DNA of 64,000 nucleotides from contig OZ242012.1 of NCBI GenBank assembly GCA_965204795.1, forward strand, positions 99,325 to 163,324, given 5' to 3'. The notes under the pieces are model-generated. The model searched no databases. It saw only the letters and a list, made by a program, of their open reading frames with translations, and was not told the origin of the DNA. This document shows, piece after piece, positions 18,325 through 28,991 of the stretch. The translations under genes were made by a program, and so were the position numbers. Each line of letters opens with the position of its first letter. Positions within the stretch are counted from its first letter, which is position 1. This DNA is from Thermodesulfobacteriota bacterium (lineage in GTDB: Bacteria; Desulfobacterota_D; UBA1144; Nemesobacterales; Nemesobacteraceae).

Positions 18325-19407
18325 ATGTCCGAGACAGACATCAATAACGTTTGGCGAAAAAGGAGGAAGGAGATAGGTAGAAGAAGTGATTTGCTGAAAT
18401 CGATTGCTCAAATTATTGACGATTACAGGTCCGGAGAGATTGACAAGCCAACTCCGGAACATGTGAACCGCTGGGTAAATCAATTCTCTCGTGATGTTCA
18501 ATTACCCATATTAAATGAGATTAATCATGTTTTCAAAAGGATGTATTTCTCTCGCAGGAAGGTGGCTAGATTCTTATATGGACTTGTTAATCTAGAGGAC
18601 CTTGTCGGAACCGACCCGCGTTCGTTTTGGAAAGAAACACATTTTTTGAATATACAAAATCACGGAAACAGCCAGAAAATAATGCTTAAGATGTTTGATC
18701 AGGTTCTGCGGAAGCATTGTGGAATCGGCATTAACCAGTGTAAAAATAGTCCGGTTGCGTATATATATCTGGACGATGCCATTTTTACTGGAAATAGAGT
18801 TAAACAGGACATAGAAAAGTGGATTGAGACACATGCACCCGCGAATGCTAAAATTCATGTCATAACAGTTTTCGGGAGCACGGGTAGCTGGTACGCGGAA
18901 AAGAAAATACGGGAAAAAGCGGAGGAAGTTCAGAAGAACATAGATATTGAATGGTGGTGTGGGATTAGACTGGAGAATCGACTTTCTTACAAAAATGTTT
19001 CTGATGTATTGTGGCCAGTTAGTATTCCAGACTGTCCTGATGTAAAGACTTATGTGGAGCAGGAAGAAAAGTACCCTTTCATGCCACGTATACCAGTTAG
19101 AAGATCAAGGAACGACATTTTTTCATCGGAGGAAGAAAGACAGCTTTTAGAAAGAGAAATGCTCATCGCCGGAGTGAAAATACGCTCGTTCTGCCAGGAA
19201 CCAACTCTACGGCCTCTTGGGTTCGGTCCGTTTGGACTCGGATTTGGCGCCATGGTGTTCACTTTTCACAATTGCCCCAACAACTGTCCGCTAGCTCTCT
19301 GGTGGGGCGACCCATCTGAATCTCCGGATCATCCTTTCAGTAAGTGGTATCCTCTTTTGCCTCGAGAAACCTATTCCAGTGCAAATACGACCAATGTCCT
19401 ATTCTAG
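18325..19407 (+). CDS. phosphoribosyltransferase-like protein (PRTase-CE type)
   Basis: PRPP-loop-like YIYLDDAIFTGNR and C-terminal FHNCPNNCPLALWW...WYPLLPR. Start uncertain (ORF is open from 18136). Confidence 0.7.
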   Translation: MSETDINNVWRKRRKEIGRRSDLLKSIAQIIDDYRSGEIDKPTPEHVNRWVNQFSRDVQLPILNEINHVFKRMYFSRRKVARFLYGLVNLEDLVGTDPRSFWKETHFLNIQNHGNSQKIMLKMFDQVLRKHCGIGINQCKNSPVAYIYLDDAIFTGNRVKQDIEKWIETHAPANAKIHVITVFGSTGSWYAEKKIREKAEEVQKNIDIEWWCGIRLENRLSYKNVSDVLWPVSIPDCPDVKTYVEQEEKYPFMPRIPVRRSRNDIFSSEEERQLLEREMLIAGVKIRSFCQEPTLRPLGFGPFGLGFGAMVFTFHNCPNNCPLALWWGDPSESPDHPFSKWYPLLPRETYSSANTTNVLF

Positions 19408-20527
19408 AAAGACATCCGAAAACAATTCGACTCGCAATTACGCTCGTAGCGACAGTGTAGTGTTTCGCAGGACGAGGGAAAAATTCGGCGGTCTCTCCAA
19501 TATGGCTGGTGGCTATGGGCTTTGGGTTAACGGCACTCTGATTCTCTCGTCCGAGGCGCTGTATCAGGCCTGCAGGTTTCCCAGCCTTCCGGAAATACAG
19601 CGACTCGTTATCGCCCAGAAAAGTCCGATGACCGCGAAGATGAAGACAAAACCCCACCGAGACAGATCCAGGCCGGACTGGAACAATGTGCGGGTCAAGA
19701 TCATGCGCTGGTGCTTGCAGGTAAAACTCGCGCAGCACTGGTCGACTTTTGGAGAACTTCTGAAGGAAACGGGTTCCAAGCCCATAGTGGAAGAATCCAG
19801 AAAAGACGACTTCTGGGGAGCGAAACCCGTAAACAAGGATACACTCACCGGGAGAAATATTCTCGGACGACTCTTGATGGAGCTGCGGGAGAAATTCAAC
19901 AGCGGTCAGCGAGATTCCCTGCTTCGGGTCGAGCCTCCGCACATACCCGATTTTTTGCTTCTCGGTCATCCTGTCGAGACCATTGACGCATCCGTACTCG
20001 GCAAAACATTTCGTATGGAACCTTCCAAGACAAAAGAGATTCAACGGGAAACGACATACGGCGTGTGGATGCCGATACCGGAACAGCCCTTGCTGTTTGA
20101 ACATCTCGAGAAAGCCCCCGCCGGGAACATGCAGGGTCTGACGGAGCGGGCGACCAGCCCCGTGGACAGGAAGAGTTTTATGAAGACCTGGGTGCTTGAG
20201 AGTTTTGCACTCCCGGGAAAACCTCCCAGCACTCTCTTCGAAGAAATGCTGTCGGCATCGTTTCCGACATCATGGAACTACTCAAATCCGAATGATGACA
20301 AAAGAAGTGACGAATCCGCTGCCGCATCTGATGATATTCTCTTTGTTCCTTCCGGTAAAAGCCCAGGGGAATTCTACGGCGCAGGAGAAGGTTTGGTCAC
20401 ATGGTGGAATCTGTGGGAAAAAGAAGAATTTGTCGCGATACAAGCCGAGCCTCCGGAAGGCAAAGAACAATACATCAGAGTCGGGAAACCGGTTTTTGCC
20501 AGAAGCAGGTGCCGTGCGCCGTTTTGA
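19394..20527 (+). CDS. NADAR family protein (DarG1-like) with long C-terminal extension
   Basis: GGLSNMA, SEALYQACRFP, RPDW, MRWCLQVKLAQH, IVEES..DDFWG, GRNILGRLLMELR; overlaps the upstream gene by 14 nt. Confidence 0.85.
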   Translation: MSYSRKTSENNSTRNYARSDSVVFRRTREKFGGLSNMAGGYGLWVNGTLILSSEALYQACRFPSLPEIQRLVIAQKSPMTAKMKTKPHRDRSRPDWNNVRVKIMRWCLQVKLAQHWSTFGELLKETGSKPIVEESRKDDFWGAKPVNKDTLTGRNILGRLLMELREKFNSGQRDSLLRVEPPHIPDFLLLGHPVETIDASVLGKTFRMEPSKTKEIQRETTYGVWMPIPEQPLLFEHLEKAPAGNMQGLTERATSPVDRKSFMKTWVLESFALPGKPPSTLFEEMLSASFPTSWNYSNPNDDKRSDESAAASDDILFVPSGKSPGEFYGAGEGLVTWWNLWEKEEFVAIQAEPPEGKEQYIRVGKPVFARSRCRAPF

Positions 20528-20534
20528 AGCCTCT

Positions 20535-23500
20535 TTAATGCACGCTTTTATTGTACGCGGACAAGGCCGCGTAAGCCCTCTCGCAGCGGGTCCAAAGACC
20601 GGGCACGATTTGGCAGAGATACCGTAATTGCAAAAGCAGCACTTCTCCGTCGCTGCCTTCTAATTCGTCAAACGCCAGCTCTTCCAGCCAGTTGCCGACA
20701 AATTCTCTCCAGTCGTCCAGGCCGCTCCGGCTCGCCGCGGCTTGAAGACAAATCATCAGTTCCGCTTCCGCGGAAATTTTATATTGGATGTCGTGTCTGT
20801 ACGTGCGCGCTAGAATCCGCAGTTCGTCCGCAAGGGCGCGGTTTCTGGTAACGGCTGCGGTCGCGGCCAGCCCGTGAAGCGTTGCCAGAAGTTCTCCGGT
20901 GCTTGTTATATCGGCAAGTCGATATCCGCAAGACCTCATTACATTGGCCGCCAGGTCCGCGTATTTTGAGTCGAGATGGAAAAGGTGAGCCGAGTTGATA
21001 AGGGCGGTGAAAGAGGACGGACACACATGTTGCGCCAAGGTTTGCGCTTCAATGGAGTCGGCCATTTCTTTGGGCAATGCGGGTCGATTCTCCCCAGTTC
21101 CGTCCAGCGGCCCAGTAAGATATAGAAGCGGCGGATTGCCGGCGGAGAGAATGCTTCCGGCTTCGGTGCCGAAGACGAGCCTGAACAAATCCCCGCCTTT
21201 GACGTTGCACTCATATCTGTTTGTCGCGACCATGATGCGGCCGAGGAAGTTCTGCCTGATCTGTTCAGGCGTTTCTAAAACGGGATTCCAGTGAGGTTCC
21301 AGTCGCATATCGACAAATGACTGAATGTTGTGTTTCCATCTAAAATTTATGAACAGCGGTTGGGAAAACGAGTCGATGTCGACGCCCAAGTTTATCATCT
21401 GCCGATGAATCAGCGCGGCCTGCGACAACGCCGCCAGTCTTCTGTAGAAAGGAGGTTCCGACGACAGCAGGCGTGTTTGCGACAATTCCCCGTCCACGAG
21501 AAAGAACAATCCCCAAAGAAGCCTGAACCCGCTTTGTTCTCCTTCGACATTATCGTCGCGAATCCGCTTTACGATACGAACGAGACAGGACTCTATCTCG
21601 GGTCTTTCCGAAAGAACCCGCAGGCCTACCTCGACCGCTCCCAGTTGAGAGATTATGTCTCCATGCTTCTCCGTGTAATCTAGCGCCTTGAAGAGTTCCT
21701 CCTTATCTAGGCGGCCGATTTGTATTTCGTCGGTGAGAGCCGGATGCGCGGAGAGAAAAAGACTTGTCAGAAAACCATCGTACGGGTTCCATTCTGACAA
21801 TCTCCGAAAAAGCTTTCGGCCTCCGCCTGCCGCATAATCCCGTATGGAACTGCTGCCGTCATATGTTCCCACGAGTCTTTCGAAGTACTTCCGCGAATTG
21901 GGAACAAGGGAATATATGTCGCCCTGTCTTTTCGCAATCCCGCCGCGCACGAGTTGTGCCATGTGGACGGGCGTGTCTGAAAAATCCCCGCTGAATTCCT
22001 CAACTTCGCCTTCTTCGAGAGTGCGTTTCGCGAGGATGTCGTTCCATCTTTTCAGGGCATCGCTCGGCAGGTTGAACCGGGAAGCCGATTCTTTGAGAAA
22101 ACGCAACCGCATGTCCCTGTCTGAAGAAAGCACGGCGAGGTTGGATGTGCTGAAACGCTCCTTGCCCCTGGAAAGCACAATCCTCGGAAATTCACCCTCT
22201 TCGCCCGTGTTTTCCAGTTTCCATTTCCGGCCTTTCGTGTCGGGCAATTCCTCCGAAGACGAGTCCGCGAGAATCTTTCTGGTCGAATCGAACAGGGTGG
22301 AACGCTGAAAGCAGAACTCTGAGTCGCCGAAGCAGAGAATAGCGCTTCCGTCAAGCTTATGGTCTTTGCAGAAATTCGATTCCAGAATCAGGGAGTCTCT
22401 CACCAGCGGGGGTAGAAATTCCAACGCTATGCGCGCCAGCACGGACCTGGCATATGGACTGTCGGCCATTTCGGTTTCTTCTCCGGCTACGTATCCTTCT
22501 ATCGATTCCGCGATTTTTTTCTCGTACCATTTGACGATCCAAGAGTACAGGTCGGCATGTTGTTCCTTTATGGGTGCCAAAATTCGCTCTTCCGCCCATT
22601 CCCAGTATTTTTCTCTGACTTGTCTCGGCATTCCGGGGGCGGACAGAATCGCCACCATGACCTGTTCTCCGAATTCGACTATATACGCATCTTCCTCGAT
22701 TTTACTGTCGAGCCTGTTTACCCAGAACTGGATATTGACTTGGTCAATGATCCAATCGGAACGAGCCCGCGCCTCGGCGAAGTCAACCCCGACAGTCCAC
22801 AGACTGCCGATCATCCAGACGAAAGCCTCTATGGACGCATTTACCCAGAACCATTCTTTCGGAAACTGCAGATGGGAATTCATCTGAACATAAAGGATGC
22901 TTTCCCTGATGGCTTTAAGTTCCGCCACTTCGACAACCTCGTTGTTCACGACCGTGGAATCGCCAAGATGAAATTTCAGTTCGTCTTTGGTTACGGGAAT
23001 AAAGGAATATCCGGCGCTGCGAAGAGAAGCTCTGTAATGCATTCGCTCTTCCTCGGTTATGGAACCGGAAGAGTACAACGCGTCCAGAAGATCCAAAGTC
23101 GAAAATACTGGAGCCGACGTGTTCCCGTTCTCAACGCGGGCGTTCTGATTTATGAACCTGTCGTCCACGACAACGAAGTCGCAGTCGCCCCCGAGAGCAA
23201 CTATGCTGGCGGCAGGGTGCCTCAACAGCATTTGGTCCGCCGGGTCGTCTGTGTCTACATCAACTTCTCCGGCCACTTTTATTTTTTCCGATTCTATTCG
23301 AGAGCTTAACGCGTTCCTAATGCGCTCTATGGCATCGTCAATGTCGTCGGAAATTTTCTCGTAAGAAACTAGGGCGTTTGCTTCGGATACTGTTCTGGAT
23401 GAGACGACGAGCTTGAACCCTGCGGAGCGTAGGTCTTCAAGCATTCCTAGATGTAAAAAGTATTTTACGGCCAGATTGTCCAGATAGAGTGTCGCCCCGT

Positions 23501-26500
23501 CGGCGATTTCAGGCTGATTCGGCCAAAGTTTCTTCTCGCGAAGCCGTAAATAGGCATTTGCCTTGTCCAGCTTTTTTGACGTAAGTTGACCTTTTTCCCG
23601 TAACTTGTCGATAACGGGCCTGCAGCTGCTCAGCACATTCGCATGTGCCGTCAGATCGGCTTCCTCCTCCAGTAGAGAAGAAACACGGTAGACCGGTGCC
23701 GGTCGCACGACGAGGCGTTGGGCATCTTCGCCGTCTGTTGTCTTTTCCGCTTCCGCTATTAAAATCGCCAGACCCTCACCGACCTTAACGGAAAGTTCGC
23801 TGTCCGGAACGACATCCCGCTTAAGCTCTTCAAGCACCCGCGCGGCGACCAAACTGTTTATTTTGTGAGCGTCTTTTATACGACTGGGTTGGTGAAACCT
23901 GACTCTCAGTTTCTCTTGAAAAAGCCAATTAAGCGTTGAATGAGGAATGCAGACCGTATCGAAAGCATCCAGTGCGCTGTCGAGAAGGTCTAACAAACTC
24001 AGGGTAATCAGTGCGGTGGCGTCAATTCCGATAGTCTTCTTCATACCGATCCGCGTTGGAGGTCTCGCTCCGCTGTACGCGGGAATCATGTGTCTTCGGC
24101 GCGGGTCTTTCTGTCGCTGGTTCGACAAGGCGGGGAAAAGCGTCAGGTCTGCAAGAGACTTGCCGAGGGAATCAGCCGCGAGAAATATTGGAATTTCTCC
24201 ACGGGTCAGATGTTTATGGGATTCCAAGACTCTTTGATTCCGGTCCGACTGTATGTCCAGAAAATTCCTAAGTTGAAACAGCTGGAACGGCCCGTCGTTG
24301 CCGGAAAGCGAAACGGCTTTCTCGAGCCACCTTTGAGCCTGCGCATCATCTTCCCATCCGGCTTGAGTAGCCAGCAGGTATGCGGTTCCCAGTACGCAAG
24401 CGTCATCGTCGCCTTTTTCCGCCGCCGCGACCGTTAGATCCTTTAATATTCGCGAACCCAGGTGCACGGCAAGCGTTGCGATTCTTATCAAATCCCCAGC
24501 GCTTCTTTCGCCCCTGTTCGAGTACTCGTTGTCTACGATGGCGGCGAGAGCGTTCCAGTCTCCGAGAGAAATCGAAAGATGGATCTGGAGCGTACGATAG
24601 TTCTCATTGTTCCAGTCACTATCTAGCTCTCTTAGTCTGGAACGGGCTTCAAGCAGGTTTCCGTTACGGTACAAGGCAAAACAATAAGCTCTTTTCAAAC
24701 TCTCGGACTGCTTTAGCAGGTGCATGTTATCTTTTATAAACCGGATCAGTTGACTTGTACGCCGTGTTTTGATTAAAGCGTTTGCCAATTCCTCCGCATG
24801 TTGTACCGACTCGGCTTTTTCAAACAGAATCTGGGCATATTCGCACAATTCCTCCCATTTCTCCCTGCTCCTAAGCTCCTCTACAAGATCCATAAGAACG
24901 GGGAGAGAAGAATCTTTTTTTAACTCCTCTTTTTTGGCCTCAACAGAACCCGTTCCTTCAGCTTCGGCGACTATTTTTTCCAGGCGTTTGCGCTCAAATT
25001 CCGAAAGTCCTTCTTTCTCAAGAGCGTCCACGCACTTTCTCGCCTTCTCGGGTTGTCCCGCCTTGTAGAATATTTCGGTCCGGAGGGACAGTAGAGAATT
25101 TTTGTCAAGGTACCGGGCAATGTCATCCTGATACCGGTCTATATAGTCGGCAACATCTTTCGGCGAGCCTTGCTTCAAAGCAATGGTGAGACGCGCAACG
25201 CCAGCGTCATAAGTTTTCCCATTGACAGCGATTTGCCTTCTGATTTCCTGTTCGATCGCCCCCATGTCCATCTTAATTCCGAACTGAACTCCGAGTCGGA
25301 CGAAACGCAGAGGAGGTTCTGGGTCGCGAAACTTTTTCTCCAGTTTTCGATTGGCATTGCTGGCTTTCTCCGTGTCCGGGTCTCTTAATTCCAGCCAAAG
25401 TGCGTATTCCTCGCATAGCTTCGCTACCTCATGGCAGTTCAGTTTCTCCGCAGCTTCGGTAGCCCTAACGAAATGATTGTGCGCTTTCCGGCGTTCTTCA
25501 ATCGCAGACGGAGTATCGAATAGGGGGAAGGCTACCGCCTCAAAAGGCGGCTGGTAACGCATGCCGGCGCGAAACTCATCCGGTACCGCCGTTAAAAGAT
25601 GGGTGATCGCGACCATATAGGAAAGAGCGGGCGTTTCTTCGGCTAAGCATTCTTCAGACAGTGCGTTAACGCAATCCCGTGCCTCTTCCCAACGGGAGAT
25701 ATCGATATAACACGCCAAGAGGAAATATTTGCCGTCAGAATCCAGGTCCGTGACGGCAATATTTCTGGTTCTGAGCCAGTCGATGGCTGTTTGAGGACCT
25801 TCGTGATTCGAGACGACCATAAGGGCCGCCGAGCGGGATATAGGCTGATCAATGTCGTTTAAAATCTTTAGGGCGGCTTCTTTGCCGTCTTTGCTTGAAG
25901 AGACAAAAGAATCTGCGACCTCGGTCTCGATGCAAGCTCCCAACTCTTTCGCCAGATCAAGGTACTTCTCCGCTACATCCAACTTTTCTGCACGTGACAA
26001 GAATCGTACGCACCATGCAATCGCACGGCTCCTTACCGCATCGGTACCAGTGGATAATTCTCCTTCCGCAAGTTTCTCGGCAAGTTGCGACGAATAACGA
26101 ACACTGTCAAATTCCTCAAAAAACCGGGACTTTCGAAGTATGTTGACCTCGTCTTCAATCTTTTGATTTACGAGCTTTGCTGACGGATTGGACAAGGGGT
26201 CTTTCAGGTCTGAAAAACACCGCTTGTGCATTTCAGTTTCATGCTTACTCTTCCACTGTCTGAGAGTTTCAGCGGGATGGGACTCGTGTTGATCATCTAC
26301 TATCGTATGGTGAGTCGGGCAAAGCAGGATGAGATTTTCGGGAGAATTCAGTTCTTCCGGGGTTAATTCCGGTTTCCACCTCGGCCCTTTCTCGCTGACT
26401 GAGCAGATGTGACAGACCTCACCGACGACGCAATTGTCAGATTCATTGGTAGACGGCTCAACAAGACGGATCTCGCATCCAGGATACGCGCATTTACCTC

Positions 26501-26561
26501 CACTAGAGCCAAACAGAATCTTAAGTGTTTTATGTGAAATTTTCTTTCTTGATTCGGTCAC
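20535..26561 (-). CDS. 2008-aa protein: N-terminal HNH endonuclease, TPR-like helical repeats, PIN-like region
   Basis: LFGSSGGKCAYPGC, EVCHI...GPR, NLILLCPTHHTIVD (HNH); long helical middle; PIN-like IGIDATAL, YLDNLAV and VVVDDRF. Confidence 0.75.
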   Translation of the reverse strand: MTESRKKISHKTLKILFGSSGGKCAYPGCEIRLVEPSTNESDNCVVGEVCHICSVSEKGPRWKPELTPEELNSPENLILLCPTHHTIVDDQHESHPAETLRQWKSKHETEMHKRCFSDLKDPLSNPSAKLVNQKIEDEVNILRKSRFFEEFDSVRYSSQLAEKLAEGELSTGTDAVRSRAIAWCVRFLSRAEKLDVAEKYLDLAKELGACIETEVADSFVSSSKDGKEAALKILNDIDQPISRSAALMVVSNHEGPQTAIDWLRTRNIAVTDLDSDGKYFLLACYIDISRWEEARDCVNALSEECLAEETPALSYMVAITHLLTAVPDEFRAGMRYQPPFEAVAFPLFDTPSAIEERRKAHNHFVRATEAAEKLNCHEVAKLCEEYALWLELRDPDTEKASNANRKLEKKFRDPEPPLRFVRLGVQFGIKMDMGAIEQEIRRQIAVNGKTYDAGVARLTIALKQGSPKDVADYIDRYQDDIARYLDKNSLLSLRTEIFYKAGQPEKARKCVDALEKEGLSEFERKRLEKIVAEAEGTGSVEAKKEELKKDSSLPVLMDLVEELRSREKWEELCEYAQILFEKAESVQHAEELANALIKTRRTSQLIRFIKDNMHLLKQSESLKRAYCFALYRNGNLLEARSRLRELDSDWNNENYRTLQIHLSISLGDWNALAAIVDNEYSNRGERSAGDLIRIATLAVHLGSRILKDLTVAAAEKGDDDACVLGTAYLLATQAGWEDDAQAQRWLEKAVSLSGNDGPFQLFQLRNFLDIQSDRNQRVLESHKHLTRGEIPIFLAADSLGKSLADLTLFPALSNQRQKDPRRRHMIPAYSGARPPTRIGMKKTIGIDATALITLSLLDLLDSALDAFDTVCIPHSTLNWLFQEKLRVRFHQPSRIKDAHKINSLVAARVLEELKRDVVPDSELSVKVGEGLAILIAEAEKTTDGEDAQRLVVRPAPVYRVSSLLEEEADLTAHANVLSSCRPVIDKLREKGQLTSKKLDKANAYLRLREKKLWPNQPEIADGATLYLDNLAVKYFLHLGMLEDLRSAGFKLVVSSRTVSEANALVSYEKISDDIDDAIERIRNALSSRIESEKIKVAGEVDVDTDDPADQMLLRHPAASIVALGGDCDFVVVDDRFINQNARVENGNTSAPVFSTLDLLDALYSSGSITEEERMHYRASLRSAGYSFIPVTKDELKFHLGDSTVVNNEVVEVAELKAIRESILYVQMNSHLQFPKEWFWVNASIEAFVWMIGSLWTVGVDFAEARARSDWIIDQVNIQFWVNRLDSKIEEDAYIVEFGEQVMVAILSAPGMPRQVREKYWEWAEERILAPIKEQHADLYSWIVKWYEKKIAESIEGYVAGEETEMADSPYARSVLARIALEFLPPLVRDSLILESNFCKDHKLDGSAILCFGDSEFCFQRSTLFDSTRKILADSSSEELPDTKGRKWKLENTGEEGEFPRIVLSRGKERFSTSNLAVLSSDRDMRLRFLKESASRFNLPSDALKRWNDILAKRTLEEGEVEEFSGDFSDTPVHMAQLVRGGIAKRQGDIYSLVPNSRKYFERLVGTYDGSSSIRDYAAGGGRKLFRRLSEWNPYDGFLTSLFLSAHPALTDEIQIGRLDKEELFKALDYTEKHGDIISQLGAVEVGLRVLSERPEIESCLVRIVKRIRDDNVEGEQSGFRLLWGLFFLVDGELSQTRLLSSEPPFYRRLAALSQAALIHRQMINLGVDIDSFSQPLFINFRWKHNIQSFVDMRLEPHWNPVLETPEQIRQNFLGRIMVATNRYECNVKGGDLFRLVFGTEAGSILSAGNPPLLYLTGPLDGTGENRPALPKEMADSIEAQTLAQHVCPSSFTALINSAHLFHLDSKYADLAANVMRSCGYRLADITSTGELLATLHGLAATAAVTRNRALADELRILARTYRHDIQYKISAEAELMICLQAAASRSGLDDWREFVGNWLEELAFDELEGSDGEVLLLQLRYLCQIVPGLWTRCERAYAALSAYNKSVH

Positions 26562-26729
26562 GTTCGTATCGTTTCTATTAGTCTTGTCTTAATTAGCATT
26601 GGAAAGCATGATAATTATATATTACGAACACACAACAGGCGGTGCAAGAAAAGAACTATAACCCCCCGGTCTGGAATTCCTTCCGGCTTCATGGATAATA
26701 TGATTCATACTCAAGACCCGTGAATAAAC

Positions 26730-28643
26730 ATGCCTGTCAAGTGGACGAAGGAACAGAAAGAAATTCTGAAACACGAGCTGGACAAAGATGCCAGAATCCT
26801 CGCGGGTCCAGGGACCGGCAAGAGCGCGACGGTCGTCGAGTGGGTCGGACGACTCTTGAAAAAGACCCCGGAACTGAAGGTAAGATTGCTCACGTTCACC
26901 CGCGCGGCCACTGCGGAACTCGTGAAAAAGCTGGGAACACATCCCGCGGGGAAGAGGCTGAAACCGAGCACGATACATTCCTTTGCCATTTCGATTTTGC
27001 TGCAGAATTCGAACGTCGGCAACTTTCCCAGGCCGTTGAGAATCGTGGACGACTGGGAGATGGAAAACATAATCCACCCCGACTTTAAGAGTCTCTTCGG
27101 ATTTCCGGTGAAGAAAACCAGGACTCTTTTTGTCGACCTCGCCTCGAACTGGGAATCGCTGAAAGCCGGCCCCCCTGGCCGCGACGTTAGCGATCGGGAT
27201 CGCGAGAGATTCATGGCTGCTTGGAAAAAACATCGTACCGTGTTCGGATACACGCTTCTCGCGGAGCTGCCCTGGGCTCTTCTGAACGCCCTGTCGGACC
27301 GTCGGGACTTGAGAGGAACCGACTATGACCTGCTCGCGGTGGACGAGTATCAGGATCTCAACGCGTGCGACCTGAATGTCCTGAAACGGTTCTCGGCTCT
27401 CGGGTGCCGTATCGTCGGCATTGGGGACGACGATCAGTCGATCTACTCTTTTCGCCGGGCGGCCCCCGAAGGCATACGTCGCTTTCTCTCCGATTACCCC
27501 GGCGCGAACGATTACCCGCTTTCCACGACGCACAGATGCGGCGCCAACATCATTGAATGGGCAAAGCATGTTGTCGAACGGGATGAAACCCGTTTGCGGA
27601 ACAAACCGCCGTTGACCCCCGCCTCCGGCTCTTCGCCGGGCGAGACGGCGTTGCTTGAGTTTGCCGGAAACCGTCTTGAGTCGGATGGAGTAGCGCGTAT
27701 CGTCGAACGCCTTATCGATGAAGAGGGGATAGAGCCAAACCAGATCCTGATTCTGCTCAAGAACGACTTCCGAGAACGCTTCAGCGCTCCCATCAAGGAG
27801 AACCTTGAGGAAAGAGACATAGCTTACTCGGACTATAACGAGGTAAAGGAAATACTCAAAGAAAATGACAACCAGAAATTTCTTGCCTGCTTAAGGTTGC
27901 TTTCCAACGAACGCGATTCGTTGGCATGGAGAGCGATCATGAAGTTGACGGACGGAATCGGCGGGGGATTTGTCAAGGCGATATACGAAAAGTCTCTGGC
28001 AAGTCGAAAGCAGTTCGGAAAAGTGTTTCTGGAAGAATTTCGGAAGGGTTTTCCAGAGGCTCCGGCCAGAACGCGGACTTCGGCGTCGGAACTGGCGGAC
28101 TCCGTCGTGCGCTGGGTCGAGGATGTAGATTTGCCGCCGGTAATTCCGGAAGGGGGCTGGGGGCGCTGGATCAACGGTCTCGACGAATTTCCCATACGGG
28201 AGCGGCCGTCCGACGAGCTGCGAAAGATGCTTTGCTCCGTTGACGATATATTCAAGCAAGGCGGCTTGGACCAGTTTCTCGGACAATTCAGTCCTCTTGC
28301 CCGCGACTTGGCCCAGGCGACCGGCGAAGGAGTTCGGATTATGACAATGGCGGCGTCGAAAGGACTTACGGTCGATGCGGTTATAATTCCCTCGGCCGAA
28401 GAATCTATTGTTCCGAGCTACAGGCCGGATGCCGACGTCAACGAAGAAGCGAGGGTTCTCTATGTGGCGATGACCCGGGCGAGGCGGTTTCTGTTCTGCA
28501 CTTGGGCGGCGCGGAGAACAGGTCCTACGGCCAGAACGTCGCAGTCGGGACTTGTCGCCGACCGAGAGTATTCAAGTTTCCTGACGGATGGCCCCGTGGA
28601 ATCGCAGGATGGTGACGACTATATTGAAAAAAGATGGCCCTGA
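26730..28643 (+). CDS. UvrD/REP family SF1 helicase
   Basis: AGPGTGKS, LLTFTRAA, STIHSFA, VDEYQD, GDDDQSIYSFR, SKGL, EEARVLYVAMTRAR. Confidence 0.92.
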   Translation: MPVKWTKEQKEILKHELDKDARILAGPGTGKSATVVEWVGRLLKKTPELKVRLLTFTRAATAELVKKLGTHPAGKRLKPSTIHSFAISILLQNSNVGNFPRPLRIVDDWEMENIIHPDFKSLFGFPVKKTRTLFVDLASNWESLKAGPPGRDVSDRDRERFMAAWKKHRTVFGYTLLAELPWALLNALSDRRDLRGTDYDLLAVDEYQDLNACDLNVLKRFSALGCRIVGIGDDDQSIYSFRRAAPEGIRRFLSDYPGANDYPLSTTHRCGANIIEWAKHVVERDETRLRNKPPLTPASGSSPGETALLEFAGNRLESDGVARIVERLIDEEGIEPNQILILLKNDFRERFSAPIKENLEERDIAYSDYNEVKEILKENDNQKFLACLRLLSNERDSLAWRAIMKLTDGIGGGFVKAIYEKSLASRKQFGKVFLEEFRKGFPEAPARTRTSASELADSVVRWVEDVDLPPVIPEGGWGRWINGLDEFPIRERPSDELRKMLCSVDDIFKQGGLDQFLGQFSPLARDLAQATGEGVRIMTMAASKGLTVDAVIIPSAEESIVPSYRPDADVNEEARVLYVAMTRARRFLFCTWAARRTGPTARTSQSGLVADREYSSFLTDGPVESQDGDDYIEKRWP

Positions 28644-28740
28644 CCGTAACCCTGGATTATTCGTCAAGTCGGCAGGAATTCCGGACCGGAGGGTTTTCCT
28701 TGCGGCGAGCAGCTCGGGTTGCGGGCGGCGGAAAGCTTCG

Positions 28741-28925
28741 TTATGCGGCGGGCGGTTCCAACTTATCGAGGAAAGCCCCGTTTCTCTTCCCGGCCGAATT
28801 CACGAAACCGTCGAAGGAAATCGCTTCGACATAGACTTGGTGTTTCGAGTTAAAACCGAAACACTCCGTGTGGTCGCTTGTTTCCGCCAGACAGTAAAGA
28901 TCGCTTCCTTGTTCCTGTCGGCTCG
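28741..28925 (-). pseudogene. C-terminal remnant resembling GHKL/HATPase-type ATP-binding proteins
   Basis: Manual translation ...ETSDHTECFGFNSKHQVYVEAISFDGFVNSAGKRNGAFLDKLEPPAA* resembles a remembered C-terminal consensus (YFGYN..YIEVISFD.L...A..RN.AFFDKL). No start codon; in-frame stop upstream. Confidence 0.4.
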
Positions 28926-28991
28926 GTTAAAGGAAGCCCTGATTTAATCATGACGATTTGACCTATCACTAGCCACGAAAGGGAGACGACC

